A DNA stretch of 45,016 bases, from assembly GCA_017610265.1 (NCBI GenBank), contig JAFCCH010000010.1, positions 1 to 45,016 on the forward strand, read 5' to 3'. The notes below the pieces were generated by a model. It was given only the letters and a program-made list of their open reading frames with translations. It searched no databases and was not told the DNA's origin. Below, piece by piece: positions 27,151 to 36,857 of the stretch. A program made the translations under genes and the position numbers. Origin of the DNA: Nitrososphaerota archaeon. Its GTDB lineage: Archaea; Iainarchaeota; Iainarchaeia; Iainarchaeales; GCA-2688035. The number at the start of each line of letters is the position of its first letter. The stretch's first letter is position 1.

Positions 27151-28037
27151 TTTTTTACACCGCCAAAATCTTCTACAAGCCTTTTGAATGAAACGCTTTT
27201 CACAGTTTTAAACTCTTTCTTTCTCCACTCAGAGTAATAAAATTCCGGAAATCCCTTTCCGTCCTTCCAGTGAACGGCTTCTTCCTTTTTTGCAAAGCCA
27301 GGGTGAAACAAGGCCTCCACTACTGCATTTCTTTCCCAAATTTTTGGCAAAGCAGCCCTTACAACTTCCTCGCTCATGTTTCCTGCAAAAATGTTTCCAA
27401 TAAAGTAATCATTGCTTTTTATTCCGAGCTTTTCAAGCTTTTGCTTTTTTCCGGCAGACAACTGGTTTAGAAGAACGTGCTTTGCAATGTTTAATCCGAA
27501 ATAATTTTCCAAAAAGTTTGCCCTGTCAAGTGCAAGGAAGAACGGTTCTTTTGGAATTCTGATATAGGAAATTCCCAATTCTTTTCTAAGCTCTAAAATT
27601 GTTTCAAACACAAAGGGAATCATGTGGAAATGACGGTGACTGTCAATGTTTATTTTAGCATTTTTGGGCAAAACTTTTCTGACCTTTTCAACCTGGCTTG
27701 CAATCTCTTTCTTTGTTTCATGCTTCAGCCTTTTTTTTCCTGCCTTGCCTGCTGAAAGCCATGCAAACCAAAGGCTTTGAAAGCTGTGCTTAAAATATCC
27801 TTTTTCGTCAACAAGAAGACCTTTATTTGCCCTTAGGGCTTTTCCTTCTGCAAGGTTTAGGTGGATGCCAAGCCTAAGGCCCTTTCTCTTCTTGAATTCC
27901 TTTATTGCATAGTCAAATGCATAGCCGTTTGGCACAATGCTTGTGCTTGTAAGGCTCCCTTTGTCAGCACATTCGAGTATTTTGTCCGAAACGCCTTTTG
28001 AGAAGCCAAAGTCGTCAGCATGTATTATTAGCTTCAT
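27147..28037 (-). CDS. YdjC/ChbG/HpnK family carbohydrate deacylase
   Basis: IIHADDFG, GIHLNLAEG, IDSHRHFH, EALFHPG; ATG 28037 preferred. Confidence 0.9.
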   Translation of the reverse strand: MKLIIHADDFGFSKGVSDKILECADKGSLTSTSIVPNGYAFDYAIKEFKKRKGLRLGIHLNLAEGKALRANKGLLVDEKGYFKHSFQSLWFAWLSAGKAGKKRLKHETKKEIASQVEKVRKVLPKNAKINIDSHRHFHMIPFVFETILELRKELGISYIRIPKEPFFLALDRANFLENYFGLNIAKHVLLNQLSAGKKQKLEKLGIKSNDYFIGNIFAGNMSEEVVRAALPKIWERNAVVEALFHPGFAKKEEAVHWKDGKGFPEFYYSEWRKKEFKTVKSVSFKRLVEDFGGVKK

Positions 28038-28159
28038 AGCCAGATATTCTTGGACAGCGAAAGCCCTAAAAAAGCTCTTTTCGTGGTACAATTCTCGCAG
28101 AGTAAGCGCTTTAAATCCCCTTAGGCTTTATTTCTTTAGACGCTGTTTTGTTGGTTAAA

Positions 28160-29434
28160 ATGGACACAATTTGCATTATTGGACTTGGATATGTGGGTCT
28201 GCCATTGGCATGCCTTTGTGCTGAAAAGGGTTTTAGGGTTAAAGGCCTTGACTTAGACAAAGGCATTGTTGAAAGCACAAACAAGGGAATTTCCCACATT
28301 AAGAACAAAAGCCTTGAAGCCAAGGTAAAAAAGCTCAAAGGAAAAATCGAGGCCTTTTCAGAGCCAAACTGCATTAAGGGATCAAACATTGTAATTGTAT
28401 GCGTTCCAACGCCGGCAATTGGCTCAAAGCCTGATTTAAATCCTTTGAAGAGAGCTTCTTCAACCATTGCAAAATTCCTTGAAAAAGGGCAGCTTGTAAT
28501 TGTTGAGTCAACAATCTATCCTGGAACAGTGCAGGAAGTTGTTCAGCCAATTCTTGAAAAAACAGGATTAAAGGCAGGAACAGACTTCTTCCTTGGACAC
28601 TGCCCTGAAAGAATTGATCCTGGCAACACAGTCTTTTCACTTGAAAAAATTCCAAGAGTGCTTGCATGCCTTTCAGAAGAGGGGACAGGCAAAGCTGAGA
28701 AATTTTACAAATCAATTATCAATGCCAATATTCTTGTGTTAAGCAGTGTCAAAAGCGCTGAAGCAGTAAAGGTTGTTGAAAATACTTTTAGGGACATTAA
28801 CATTGCTTTTGTAAACGAGCTTGCAAAAAGCTTTGACAAAATGGAAATTGACCTTAAAGAAGTAATCAAAGGTGCTTCCTCAAAGCCCTTTGGCTTTATG
28901 CCATTTTATCCAGGGCCAGGGGTGGGCGGACATTGCATTGCCCAAGATCCTTACTATCTGATTGCAAGAGCCGAGGAAGCAGGCTTTCAGCACAGTTTCC
29001 TGAAACTTGCTCGTTCAATCAATGAGAGCATGCCGTCTTATGTTTCACAGCTTGTGGAAGGTGCGTTGCTTAAATCAGGCGCAAAAATTAAAGGTGCAAA
29101 AGTTGCGGTCCTAGGTCTTTCATACAAGCCAGATGTTGACGACACAAGAAAAAGCCCTGCTTTGGAAATAATTAAGTTGCTTGAACAAAAGGGCTGCAAA
29201 ATAAATGTTTTTGACCCATGGGTTTTGGAGGACGGCAATGTTTCCTCTCTTGAAGAGGCATTGGAGAATGTTGACGCAATTGTCCTTGCAACAAATCACA
29301 AAATTTTTATTGAAAAGCTAAAGCCCTCTTTCCTGAAGGGGAAAAATATAAGGGTTGTAATTGACACAAGGAATGCACTTGACAAATTTGGAATTGAAGC
29401 AGAAGGCATTCTTTACAAGGGAATTGGAAGATAG
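28160..29434 (+). CDS. UDP-N-acetylhexosamine 6-dehydrogenase (WecC/WbpA family)
   Basis: IGLGYVGLP, CVPTP, ESTIYPG, CPERIDPG, ENTFRDINIAFVNE, PGPGVGGHCI, YKPDVDDTRKSP. Confidence 0.92.
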   Translation: MDTICIIGLGYVGLPLACLCAEKGFRVKGLDLDKGIVESTNKGISHIKNKSLEAKVKKLKGKIEAFSEPNCIKGSNIVIVCVPTPAIGSKPDLNPLKRASSTIAKFLEKGQLVIVESTIYPGTVQEVVQPILEKTGLKAGTDFFLGHCPERIDPGNTVFSLEKIPRVLACLSEEGTGKAEKFYKSIINANILVLSSVKSAEAVKVVENTFRDINIAFVNELAKSFDKMEIDLKEVIKGASSKPFGFMPFYPGPGVGGHCIAQDPYYLIARAEEAGFQHSFLKLARSINESMPSYVSQLVEGALLKSGAKIKGAKVAVLGLSYKPDVDDTRKSPALEIIKLLEQKGCKINVFDPWVLEDGNVSSLEEALENVDAIVLATNHKIFIEKLKPSFLKGKNIRVVIDTRNALDKFGIEAEGILYKGIGR

Positions 29435-29442
29435 GTGTTTTC

Positions 29443-30876
29443 TTGAGCGGAACAATTGAAAGAGGTGCTTTCTCGCTTTTTTTGTCAAACTTCGTTTTCT
29501 TTATTTCAAGTTACCTGGTTTACTTTGCTTTGGGACGGCTTTTGGGCGAAGCAAGTTTCGGAGTTTACGGAATTGTAATTTCACTTGTAACCATTATTAA
29601 CATGGTTTTAATGACTGCAATGGAGCAAACTGTTTCAAAATTTGTGTCAGAAAAGCCAGAGCAGCATGAGCGCATTAAAAAAGCGGCATTAATGCTGCAT
29701 CTTTCAATTTCCTCATTAATCTTCATTGCATTTCTTTTGTTTACTCCAATGATTGCCCTTTTGCTTAATGATGTGTCACTTACTCCCTTCATTTACTTAA
29801 TTTCTCCCTTAATTCTTTTGCATCCCTTGTTTAGAATTTTTTCAGGTGTCCTGAATGGCTTGAAGAAATTTAGCCTGCAGGCAAAGCTTGTTGGAGTTTA
29901 CTCTATTGCAAAGGTTGTTTTAATCGTTGGTCTTGTCCTTCTTGGATTTGGCCTTGGAGGGGCAATTTCCGGTTTTGTGCTTTCATCAGTTCTTGTAGTG
30001 ATTGCCGCATTCTTTGTTGTGGGCCTTGACATTTCCAAAAAGCCTGTTAACCAGGCAAAAATGATTGCCTTTGCACTGCCAATTGGTGGACTTGCAGTTA
30101 TCACCAACCTTTTGATGAGCCTTGACCTCTTTGCAGTAAAGGCTTTTACAGAGCCAAGCATTTCAAGCACTCTTGCAGGATATTACACTGCAGCCGGTAC
30201 AGTTGCAAAGGTTATCCCAACACTTGTAATTGCAATTTCTTTTGTGGCATTTCCGCTTGTTTCAGGAGCTTCGTTTAAGAAAGACAGCAAGAAAACAGGT
30301 TTTTACATTTCCAATGCATTGCGTTATTCCCTTCTTGCAATTGGATTTATGGCCTGCCTTTTTTCAGTTACTGCTTCTGAATTACTTGAATTTGTTTACG
30401 GCGCAAGATATGCACCTGCTGCAATTCCATTAGAAGTGCTTGCATTCGGCCTTGGAGCCTTTGCCCTTTTCTCAATTTTTGTAACCATTATCTCTGCCGC
30501 TGGCAAGCCAAAAACAGCCTTTTTAGTTGGCAATGTTGTTCTTTTGGCGGATATTGTGCTAAACTTTATCTTTGTTCCCTCCCACGGAATGCTGGGAGCA
30601 GCAATTGCAACCACTGCAGCCTCGTTTTTTGGGCTGATTATATCAGGCCTTTTTGTAAAGGCAAGGCTTGGCTCTTTTGTGGCTTTGAAAACAATTGCAC
30701 GTGTTTTCCTGGCAGGAGCGGCAATTTTTGCGGTTGCAGACTTTTTGCCTGGAACAGGTCTTCTGCTGCCTTTTAAATATTTTACTTTGTTAGTTGTTTA
30801 TCTGGGTGTTTTGCTTGGCTTGCGTGAGCTAAAGCACTTTGATTTTTTGGTTTTGAAAAACGTTTTAAGAAAATGA
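29443..30876 (+). CDS. Wzx-type oligosaccharide flippase
   Basis: RLLG...FGVY, about 14 hydrophobic segments, GYYTAA, LNFIFVP..GMLGAAIAT. Confidence 0.88.
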   Translation: MSGTIERGAFSLFLSNFVFFISSYLVYFALGRLLGEASFGVYGIVISLVTIINMVLMTAMEQTVSKFVSEKPEQHERIKKAALMLHLSISSLIFIAFLLFTPMIALLLNDVSLTPFIYLISPLILLHPLFRIFSGVLNGLKKFSLQAKLVGVYSIAKVVLIVGLVLLGFGLGGAISGFVLSSVLVVIAAFFVVGLDISKKPVNQAKMIAFALPIGGLAVITNLLMSLDLFAVKAFTEPSISSTLAGYYTAAGTVAKVIPTLVIAISFVAFPLVSGASFKKDSKKTGFYISNALRYSLLAIGFMACLFSVTASELLEFVYGARYAPAAIPLEVLAFGLGAFALFSIFVTIISAAGKPKTAFLVGNVVLLADIVLNFIFVPSHGMLGAAIATTAASFFGLIISGLFVKARLGSFVALKTIARVFLAGAAIFAVADFLPGTGLLLPFKYFTLLVVYLGVLLGLRELKHFDFLVLKNVLRK

Positions 30877-30880
30877 TAAA

Positions 30881-32308
30881 ATGAAGATATTACTTACAAT
30901 GTCAAGGTTTGAGCCCAATATTAATCCTCCTTTGGGGATTGCTTATGTTGCAGCAGCCTTGCGCAAGGAAGGCTTTGACGTTGAAATTCTTGACCCAAGC
31001 TTTGACGGAAAGCAGTATGCAATTGACAGAATAAAAAAGGCAGACTATGACATTATTGGCTTTAGTTGTTTTACCATGAACTATAATGTTTCAAGAGAGC
31101 TTTCAGAGCTTGCAAAAAAGGTTAACAAAAATGTTTTGAGGGTTTTTGGCGGGCCGCATGTAATTGTTGTGCCTGAAGAAAGCATTACTGATAAGGAAGT
31201 TGACGTAATTTGCCTTGGTGAGGGCGAAACAACTTTTGTGGAACTGGCTAAGGCTTTGAGAGACAAAAAGCCACTGGAGTCAGTTAGTGGAATCTGGTTT
31301 AAGAAAGAAGGTCAGATTGTGAAGAATCCTGTTCGCTCAATGATTTGCAAGCTTGATGAGCTTCCTTTTCCTGCAAGGGACTTGCTGAAGATGGACAAAT
31401 ATCTTAATGCAAAACTTGGAAGGGCTGCATGGGCGGTAAAACAACCCTCAACAACTGTTATGGTTGGAAGAGGCTGTCCCTTTAACTGTACTTATTGTTC
31501 AACAAAATTAATTTTTGGTAAGAGTGTAAGGTTAAGGTCTTCTGAGAATGTTGTTGACGAAATAGAGCAATTGATTAAGGATTATGGCATTAGGGGCATT
31601 GCATTTATTGACGATACCTTTACAATTAACAAAAAGGTTGTCCAGGCAATCTGCGAAGAGCTCATTAGGAGAAAAATAAATATTGAATGGGCTTGCAATA
31701 GTAGAATTGACACAATTTCTCCTGAACTCTTGAAGATTATGAAGAAAGCTGGCTGTGTTTACATCACTTTTGGAGTTGAATCAGGAAATCAAGAAGTTTT
31801 AGACAAGTTTATCAAAAAGGGAATAAGGCTTGAAAAGGTTAAAGATGTTTTCAGATGGACAAAGCAGGCGGGCATTAACATAGGAGCCTACTTCCTTTTG
31901 GGGATTCCTGGTGAAACTCTGGAGAACATGCAGGAAACAATTGACTTTGCAATTAAGGTTAATCCAGATGTTGTAAACTTTAATATGGTAAGGCCAATGC
32001 CTAAAACTGAAATGTATTATCTTGCAAAAAAGTATGGCAAGGTAACTGCCAAGGGCTGGGATGACTTTAATTTTGATGCAAAGCCAATCTTTGAAAGCAA
32101 GGACTGGACCTCAAAGCAGGTTGAGGAAATGTATCACAATGCCTACAGGGCATTTTATTTCAGGCCAAGCTTTATGGCTAAACAGTTTTTCTCTATTAGG
32201 AATGCAGACGACATAAAAAGCATTTACCACGGCCTGTTGATGATTTTGAAACAGGCTTTTGTTAAAAGAATTCCTGGTTCAAAGAAGAAAGACGGCGGGA
32301 AAAAATGA
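30881..32308 (+). CDS. B12-binding domain radical SAM protein
   Basis: PPLGIAYVAA, FGGPH, GEGE, GRGCPFNCTYC, FIDDTF, FGVESG. Confidence 0.92.
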   Translation: MKILLTMSRFEPNINPPLGIAYVAAALRKEGFDVEILDPSFDGKQYAIDRIKKADYDIIGFSCFTMNYNVSRELSELAKKVNKNVLRVFGGPHVIVVPEESITDKEVDVICLGEGETTFVELAKALRDKKPLESVSGIWFKKEGQIVKNPVRSMICKLDELPFPARDLLKMDKYLNAKLGRAAWAVKQPSTTVMVGRGCPFNCTYCSTKLIFGKSVRLRSSENVVDEIEQLIKDYGIRGIAFIDDTFTINKKVVQAICEELIRRKINIEWACNSRIDTISPELLKIMKKAGCVYITFGVESGNQEVLDKFIKKGIRLEKVKDVFRWTKQAGINIGAYFLLGIPGETLENMQETIDFAIKVNPDVVNFNMVRPMPKTEMYYLAKKYGKVTAKGWDDFNFDAKPIFESKDWTSKQVEEMYHNAYRAFYFRPSFMAKQFFSIRNADDIKSIYHGLLMILKQAFVKRIPGSKKKDGGKK

Positions 32309-33498
32309 AGAAGCCAAATGTTCTGTTTCTAGTAACCTCGTTTATCCGCTTTAAGGAGGATGACAGCGCCTGGTTTGACCATCTAAGGCTCTGCGCACAA
32401 AAAGGTGTAAGTTATGATGTTGTTGCCCCTCATGATAGAGAGAACAGCAAGGGCTTTGAAATTCTTGACAAAATCAGGATTCACAGGTTCCGATACTTTT
32501 TTCCAAAATCCCTTCACAGAATTGCCTATTACGGTGGAGCAGCTCACAATCTTTCAAAAAGCCTTCTTGCGAAAATTCAATTGCCTTTTTTTATGGTTTC
32601 GTTTTTCCTAAAAGCTTTGCGGAATGCGCGAAACAAGAATGTTTATCACGCAATTTTTCTTCCAAGTGCAGTTGTTGCAGTAATTTTGAAAAAGCTTACT
32701 GGAAAGCCGTTTGTGTTTTGGGTGCAAAGGCTTGTGTTTGGAAAAGGCTTAATGAGAAAGCTAAACCACTGGATTTTGGTAAATTGTGACTTTGTAATGT
32801 TTAATTCTTCTTACCTGCAAAAAAAGGCCTTGAAGGAAATCACTCCCAAAAGGCACATGATTCTCCACATGGGAGTTAACTTGAAGAATTTCAAGCCAAT
32901 GGCAAAAGCCCCTTTGAGAAAAAGGCTTGGCATTCCGCAGAACAAAAAGATTGTTTTTGCTGTTGGAAGATTTGTTGAAAAGAAAGGATTTCCCTATTTG
33001 ATTGAGGCAATGAACAGGATTAAGACAAAGAACGTGCTTTGCCTGATTGGCGGTTTTGGCCCTCTTGAAGAAAAACTCAAGCAGCTTGTCAAAGACAAGG
33101 GTCTTGAAGATAAAGTTAAGTTTGTGGGGCTGATTCCAAACAAGGAGGTTTCTCTTTGGCTTAATGCAACAGACGTTTTTGTTGTTCCCTCAATAGTTGA
33201 CAGCAGGGGCGAAACAGAAACTCTTGGGATTGTGGCAGTTGAAGGCATTGCATGCGGCAAACCAGTCATTGCTTCAAGGGTCGGTGGTCTTGTTGACGTT
33301 GTAAAAGATGGCTTGAACGGTTTCCTTGTAAAGGAAAAGTCTCCTTTGGGGATTGCTGAAAAGATTGACCTGATGTTTAGTGAGCAAGGCCTTGTTGAAC
33401 AACTTGGAAAAAATGCGAGAAAGTTTGCCAAAGAAAACTTTTCAGAAAAGCAGGCCGTTGAAAATATTCTTTCTGTTTATAATCAAGTTCTTGAATAA
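32305..33498 (+). CDS. glycosyltransferase family 4
   Basis: VGRFVEKKGF, DVFVVPS, ETETLGIVAVEGIACGKPVIAS (E-x7-E). Confidence 0.92.
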   Translation: MKKPNVLFLVTSFIRFKEDDSAWFDHLRLCAQKGVSYDVVAPHDRENSKGFEILDKIRIHRFRYFFPKSLHRIAYYGGAAHNLSKSLLAKIQLPFFMVSFFLKALRNARNKNVYHAIFLPSAVVAVILKKLTGKPFVFWVQRLVFGKGLMRKLNHWILVNCDFVMFNSSYLQKKALKEITPKRHMILHMGVNLKNFKPMAKAPLRKRLGIPQNKKIVFAVGRFVEKKGFPYLIEAMNRIKTKNVLCLIGGFGPLEEKLKQLVKDKGLEDKVKFVGLIPNKEVSLWLNATDVFVVPSIVDSRGETETLGIVAVEGIACGKPVIASRVGGLVDVVKDGLNGFLVKEKSPLGIAEKIDLMFSEQGLVEQLGKNARKFAKENFSEKQAVENILSVYNQVLE

Positions 33499-33533
33499 AT
33501 CAAACAAGTTTTTGTCTAACCAAACAAACCTGA

Positions 33534-34901
33534 TTAGGTTTTGAGAATCCACTGGTAGGCAACCTTTGCGCCTGCAAAAAGCTTTTTTGGATTTCCCAAA
33601 TTCTTTAAAATTGTTTTTGGCCTAAGCAAAAGCTGAATTCTTGCCTTTTTGTAAGTTTTTTCAATGTCTTCTTTAGAAGCCATACCAGGCATGATAAATT
33701 TGACCTTGCTTCCAAGGCTGAATAGGTCTTCCTGGCTTGTGGTCAAAAATTTGCCTTCTCCCTTGTTTATTTGGTCGTAAAGCCTTGTGCCAGGGTAAGG
33801 TGTTGTCATCGAAATGCTGCAATAATCTAAGTCAAGCTCTTTTGCAAACTGAACAGTGTCTTTCATTGTTTCAAGGGTGTCATTTGGCAGGCCAAACATA
33901 AAAAAGCCAACTGTTGTAATCTTGTATTTCTTCAAAAGCTTTACCGCATTCCTGACTTCTTCCAGAGTTTGCTGTTTTCCAATCTGGTCAAGAATCTTTT
34001 GGTTGCCTGACTCAATGCCAAGGCCTGTGTATTTTAGGCCAGCTTTTTTCATCCAGCTTACAACCTCTTCATTGAGGCTGTTTGCCCTTATTCCGTTTGG
34101 CAGGCTCCATGGAAGGTTAAGCTTTCTTTTCACCATTTCCTTGCAGATTGCAATTGCTCTTTTCTTGTCTGCAGCAAATGCATCATCTGCAATTTGGAAT
34201 TCCTTTATTTCAAAATTCTTTTTCAAGTAAACAAGCTCGTCAACAACATTTTTTGGAGATCTTGCCCTAAACTTTATTCCGAACAGGCCTTTGAAGCAAT
34301 AACAGCAGTTGAAGGGACAGCCTCTGCTTGTAACAATAGGCAGGCTTTTTCCGCTTGTCCTGACTGCAGAGCCATATTTTTTAATTGGAAAGCCGTTCCA
34401 GTCCGGAAAAGGGATTGAGTCCAAGTCTGTGTTTAAAGCCCGGCTTTCATTTAGGATTCTTTTATCACTCCACCTGAATCCAAGTCCCTTAATCTTTTTC
34501 AGCTCAGCCAATTTTTTTCCATTTTCAATAGCGTTTAACAATTCCACAAATGTTTGTTCTCCCTCTCCCATTATCACATAATCTGCAAAGTCAAGGCAGT
34601 CCTTTGGGTCAATTGTGGGGTGGGCTCCTCCAATAACAACTGGAATGCCCAATTTTTTCCTGATTGCTCCAGACAATTCCTTTACTGTCTTATAAGTAGG
34701 GGTAGTCATGCTGATTGCGGCAATGTCACTGCCCTTAACTCTTTCAAGAACCTCGTCAAGCTTTAAATTAAGCACATTGTTGTCAAGAATCTTTACCTTG
34801 TGGCCTGCTTTTTGGGCAACTGCTTTAAGGTATGCAAGGCCTATTGGAGCCTCGTGCGTGAAGTAAATTTCAAATGATGGATGGATTAATTCAATTTTCA
34901 T
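33534..34901 (-). CDS. B12-binding domain radical SAM protein
   Basis: PIGLAYL, IGGAHPT, GEGE, SRGCPFNCCYC, GIESG, PYPGT. Confidence 0.92.
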   Translation of the reverse strand: MKIELIHPSFEIYFTHEAPIGLAYLKAVAQKAGHKVKILDNNVLNLKLDEVLERVKGSDIAAISMTTPTYKTVKELSGAIRKKLGIPVVIGGAHPTIDPKDCLDFADYVIMGEGEQTFVELLNAIENGKKLAELKKIKGLGFRWSDKRILNESRALNTDLDSIPFPDWNGFPIKKYGSAVRTSGKSLPIVTSRGCPFNCCYCFKGLFGIKFRARSPKNVVDELVYLKKNFEIKEFQIADDAFAADKKRAIAICKEMVKRKLNLPWSLPNGIRANSLNEEVVSWMKKAGLKYTGLGIESGNQKILDQIGKQQTLEEVRNAVKLLKKYKITTVGFFMFGLPNDTLETMKDTVQFAKELDLDYCSISMTTPYPGTRLYDQINKGEGKFLTTSQEDLFSLGSKVKFIMPGMASKEDIEKTYKKARIQLLLRPKTILKNLGNPKKLFAGAKVAYQWILKT

Positions 34902-34902
34902 C

Positions 34903-35982
34903 TTAATCACTTCCTGGCAAAAGGTCTTTTATGATATAAAGCGCAATTTTTGGCCACAGTCTTTTTGTAAACATCATATTGTTCTGCTGAAAACAGGAGT
35001 GGGTGCACCAGCATTTCTTTTGCCTTATTGAATCCCGCTGCCTTTCAGCCTTTTCACCTTTCAGAATCTCTTCTGAACTGTTTTCCCTGATATTTCCAAT
35101 TTTTGGGGTCAACTCACAGAAATGCAGGTTGCCTGTCTCTGTCAAAACCATGTTAACTGTTCCCACATAACATGGGAAAAGCTGTTTTTTCTTTTCAAGT
35201 ATTTCAAGATATTTGTCAAACACAAATTTTTTGGCTGAAATAGCAATCCTTGAAGTGATGCTGTTTTCCCTATAAAAAGAACTGCCTTTGTAGGATGCAA
35301 AGATTGCAGGCCTAACTTTTTTCAGCTGTGCAATAGTCGGCGCAGTAATTCCCTTATCTTTTGGGCTGCCTCTCATGATTTCAAAGGTCTGGAAGTCAAT
35401 TGCAGGCATGTTTTTCTTGACGAAATCAATAAGCATTGGAATGTTTTCCACGTTCTTGTTTGAAATTGTTGTAACTGCTTTTAGTCCAAAGTCTTGTTCC
35501 TTCTTGAGTTGTGCAAGAAGCTTGTATGTTTCAAGCGCCTTTTCAAACGAGCCTTTAACGCCTCTGATTTCGTCGTGAATTTGCTTTGTGCCATCAAGCG
35601 AAATATTGATTCCAAGATTTATTTTAGGATGCTTTTCAAGAATGTTTTCAATCTCTTTGGCAATTTGCTTTGGCCTCAAGCCGTTTGTTGGAATGCCAAA
35701 GTTTTTTGTGCCGCATTCTTTTTCAAAGATTGTGATAATGTCCTCAAGGTCTTTTCTAAGCAGGGGTTCTCCGCCTGAAAAGCCAACTTCAGGCAGGTCT
35801 TCAAATTCTTTTGCAAATTTTTCAATTTCTTCAAGCTTTAATTCGTTTTTGTTTTGGTTCAATGCCTGCCAGTTAAAGCAGTGAATGCAGCGGCTGTCAC
35901 ATCTTCCTGTAACAAAGAAGATTAGGTTGACAGGCTTTTTCAGTCTGCCTTTTGTAAATGATCTGATAACTTTTTCAAGCAT
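34903..35982 (-). CDS. radical SAM protein with SPASM/twitch-like C-terminus
   Basis: TGRCDSRCIHC, SGGEPLLR, TNG, ISLDG..HDEIRG, C-terminal CYVG...HFC...CWCTHSC. Confidence 0.9.
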   Translation of the reverse strand: MLEKVIRSFTKGRLKKPVNLIFFVTGRCDSRCIHCFNWQALNQNKNELKLEEIEKFAKEFEDLPEVGFSGGEPLLRKDLEDIITIFEKECGTKNFGIPTNGLRPKQIAKEIENILEKHPKINLGINISLDGTKQIHDEIRGVKGSFEKALETYKLLAQLKKEQDFGLKAVTTISNKNVENIPMLIDFVKKNMPAIDFQTFEIMRGSPKDKGITAPTIAQLKKVRPAIFASYKGSSFYRENSITSRIAISAKKFVFDKYLEILEKKKQLFPCYVGTVNMVLTETGNLHFCELTPKIGNIRENSSEEILKGEKAERQRDSIRQKKCWCTHSCFQQNNMMFTKRLWPKIALYIIKDLLPGSD

Positions 35983-36835
35983 TTTTTAAACCCCTGAATG
36001 CTCCGTAAAACCATGCGAGCTTTGCAAGCAAAACAATTGGAAGCAGGTAAATGTACTTCCAATTATAAATTTTTGAGTAAACATTGGCTGTTACTGCAAT
36101 TGATGCAAAGGGCGCAACTGCAAGCAAGAGCCACCTGTTCTGCAGCCAAAAAGGCAGTTTCAAAAAGACCTTGTGTTTAATCCTTACTGCCATTGAATTA
36201 CTGGCCCAGTACATTGAGTGTCTTAAGACAGCAAAAAGATTTTTTCTTAAAGGATAATGTCTTACCACTGCATTTGGCTCAAAGTAAAACTTTTCTCCGG
36301 CTTTTTTCAATTTTATTGCCATGTCAAGGTCCTCTCCTGTTTCAAGATTTTCATCAAAGCCGGAAACTGACAAAACCTTGCTTTTAGGAATCTTCAATTG
36401 AATGGTTCCAAACAAGGGTATCTCGCCTCTTTTTACTTTTCTGCTTGAGGCGTAAAAGTGCACAAAATTGTCGCAGGTTGTCCAAAAGCTTGGCGCATCA
36501 AACTCAACAGCGCCTGTTACAATATCTTCTTTGTTTTGCAGAATGGCCTGCAACCATCCTTTTTCCGGAACACAATCTGAATCAACAAAGACAATTGTTT
36601 CAGCCCTTGCCCTGGCAATTCCTATATTCCTTGCCTTTGAAGGAAACGTCCTTTCCTTTGTCCTGATGAAAGTTATCTTTGGATTTGGTTTTATAAAATT
36701 TGGATCATCCTTGCCAACTACAATAATTTCTATATTTCTCCGAAACGACTGGTTCAAAATCGCTTCAATGGTTTGGTCTACAACTGGCGAATTGTAGTTT
36801 GGCATTACAATTGAAACATCAGGCTTTGAATTCAT
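35975..36835 (-). CDS. glycosyltransferase family 2
   Basis: SIVMPNYN, ARNIGI, FVDSDC, GFDE..GEDLD, C-terminal hydrophobic helices. Confidence 0.9.
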   Translation of the reverse strand: MNSKPDVSIVMPNYNSPVVDQTIEAILNQSFRRNIEIIVVGKDDPNFIKPNPKITFIRTKERTFPSKARNIGIARARAETIVFVDSDCVPEKGWLQAILQNKEDIVTGAVEFDAPSFWTTCDNFVHFYASSRKVKRGEIPLFGTIQLKIPKSKVLSVSGFDENLETGEDLDMAIKLKKAGEKFYFEPNAVVRHYPLRKNLFAVLRHSMYWASNSMAVRIKHKVFLKLPFWLQNRWLLLAVAPFASIAVTANVYSKIYNWKYIYLLPIVLLAKLAWFYGAFRGLKNA

Positions 36836-36857
36836 TTGGTTTCCTCTTTTGAAGAAA

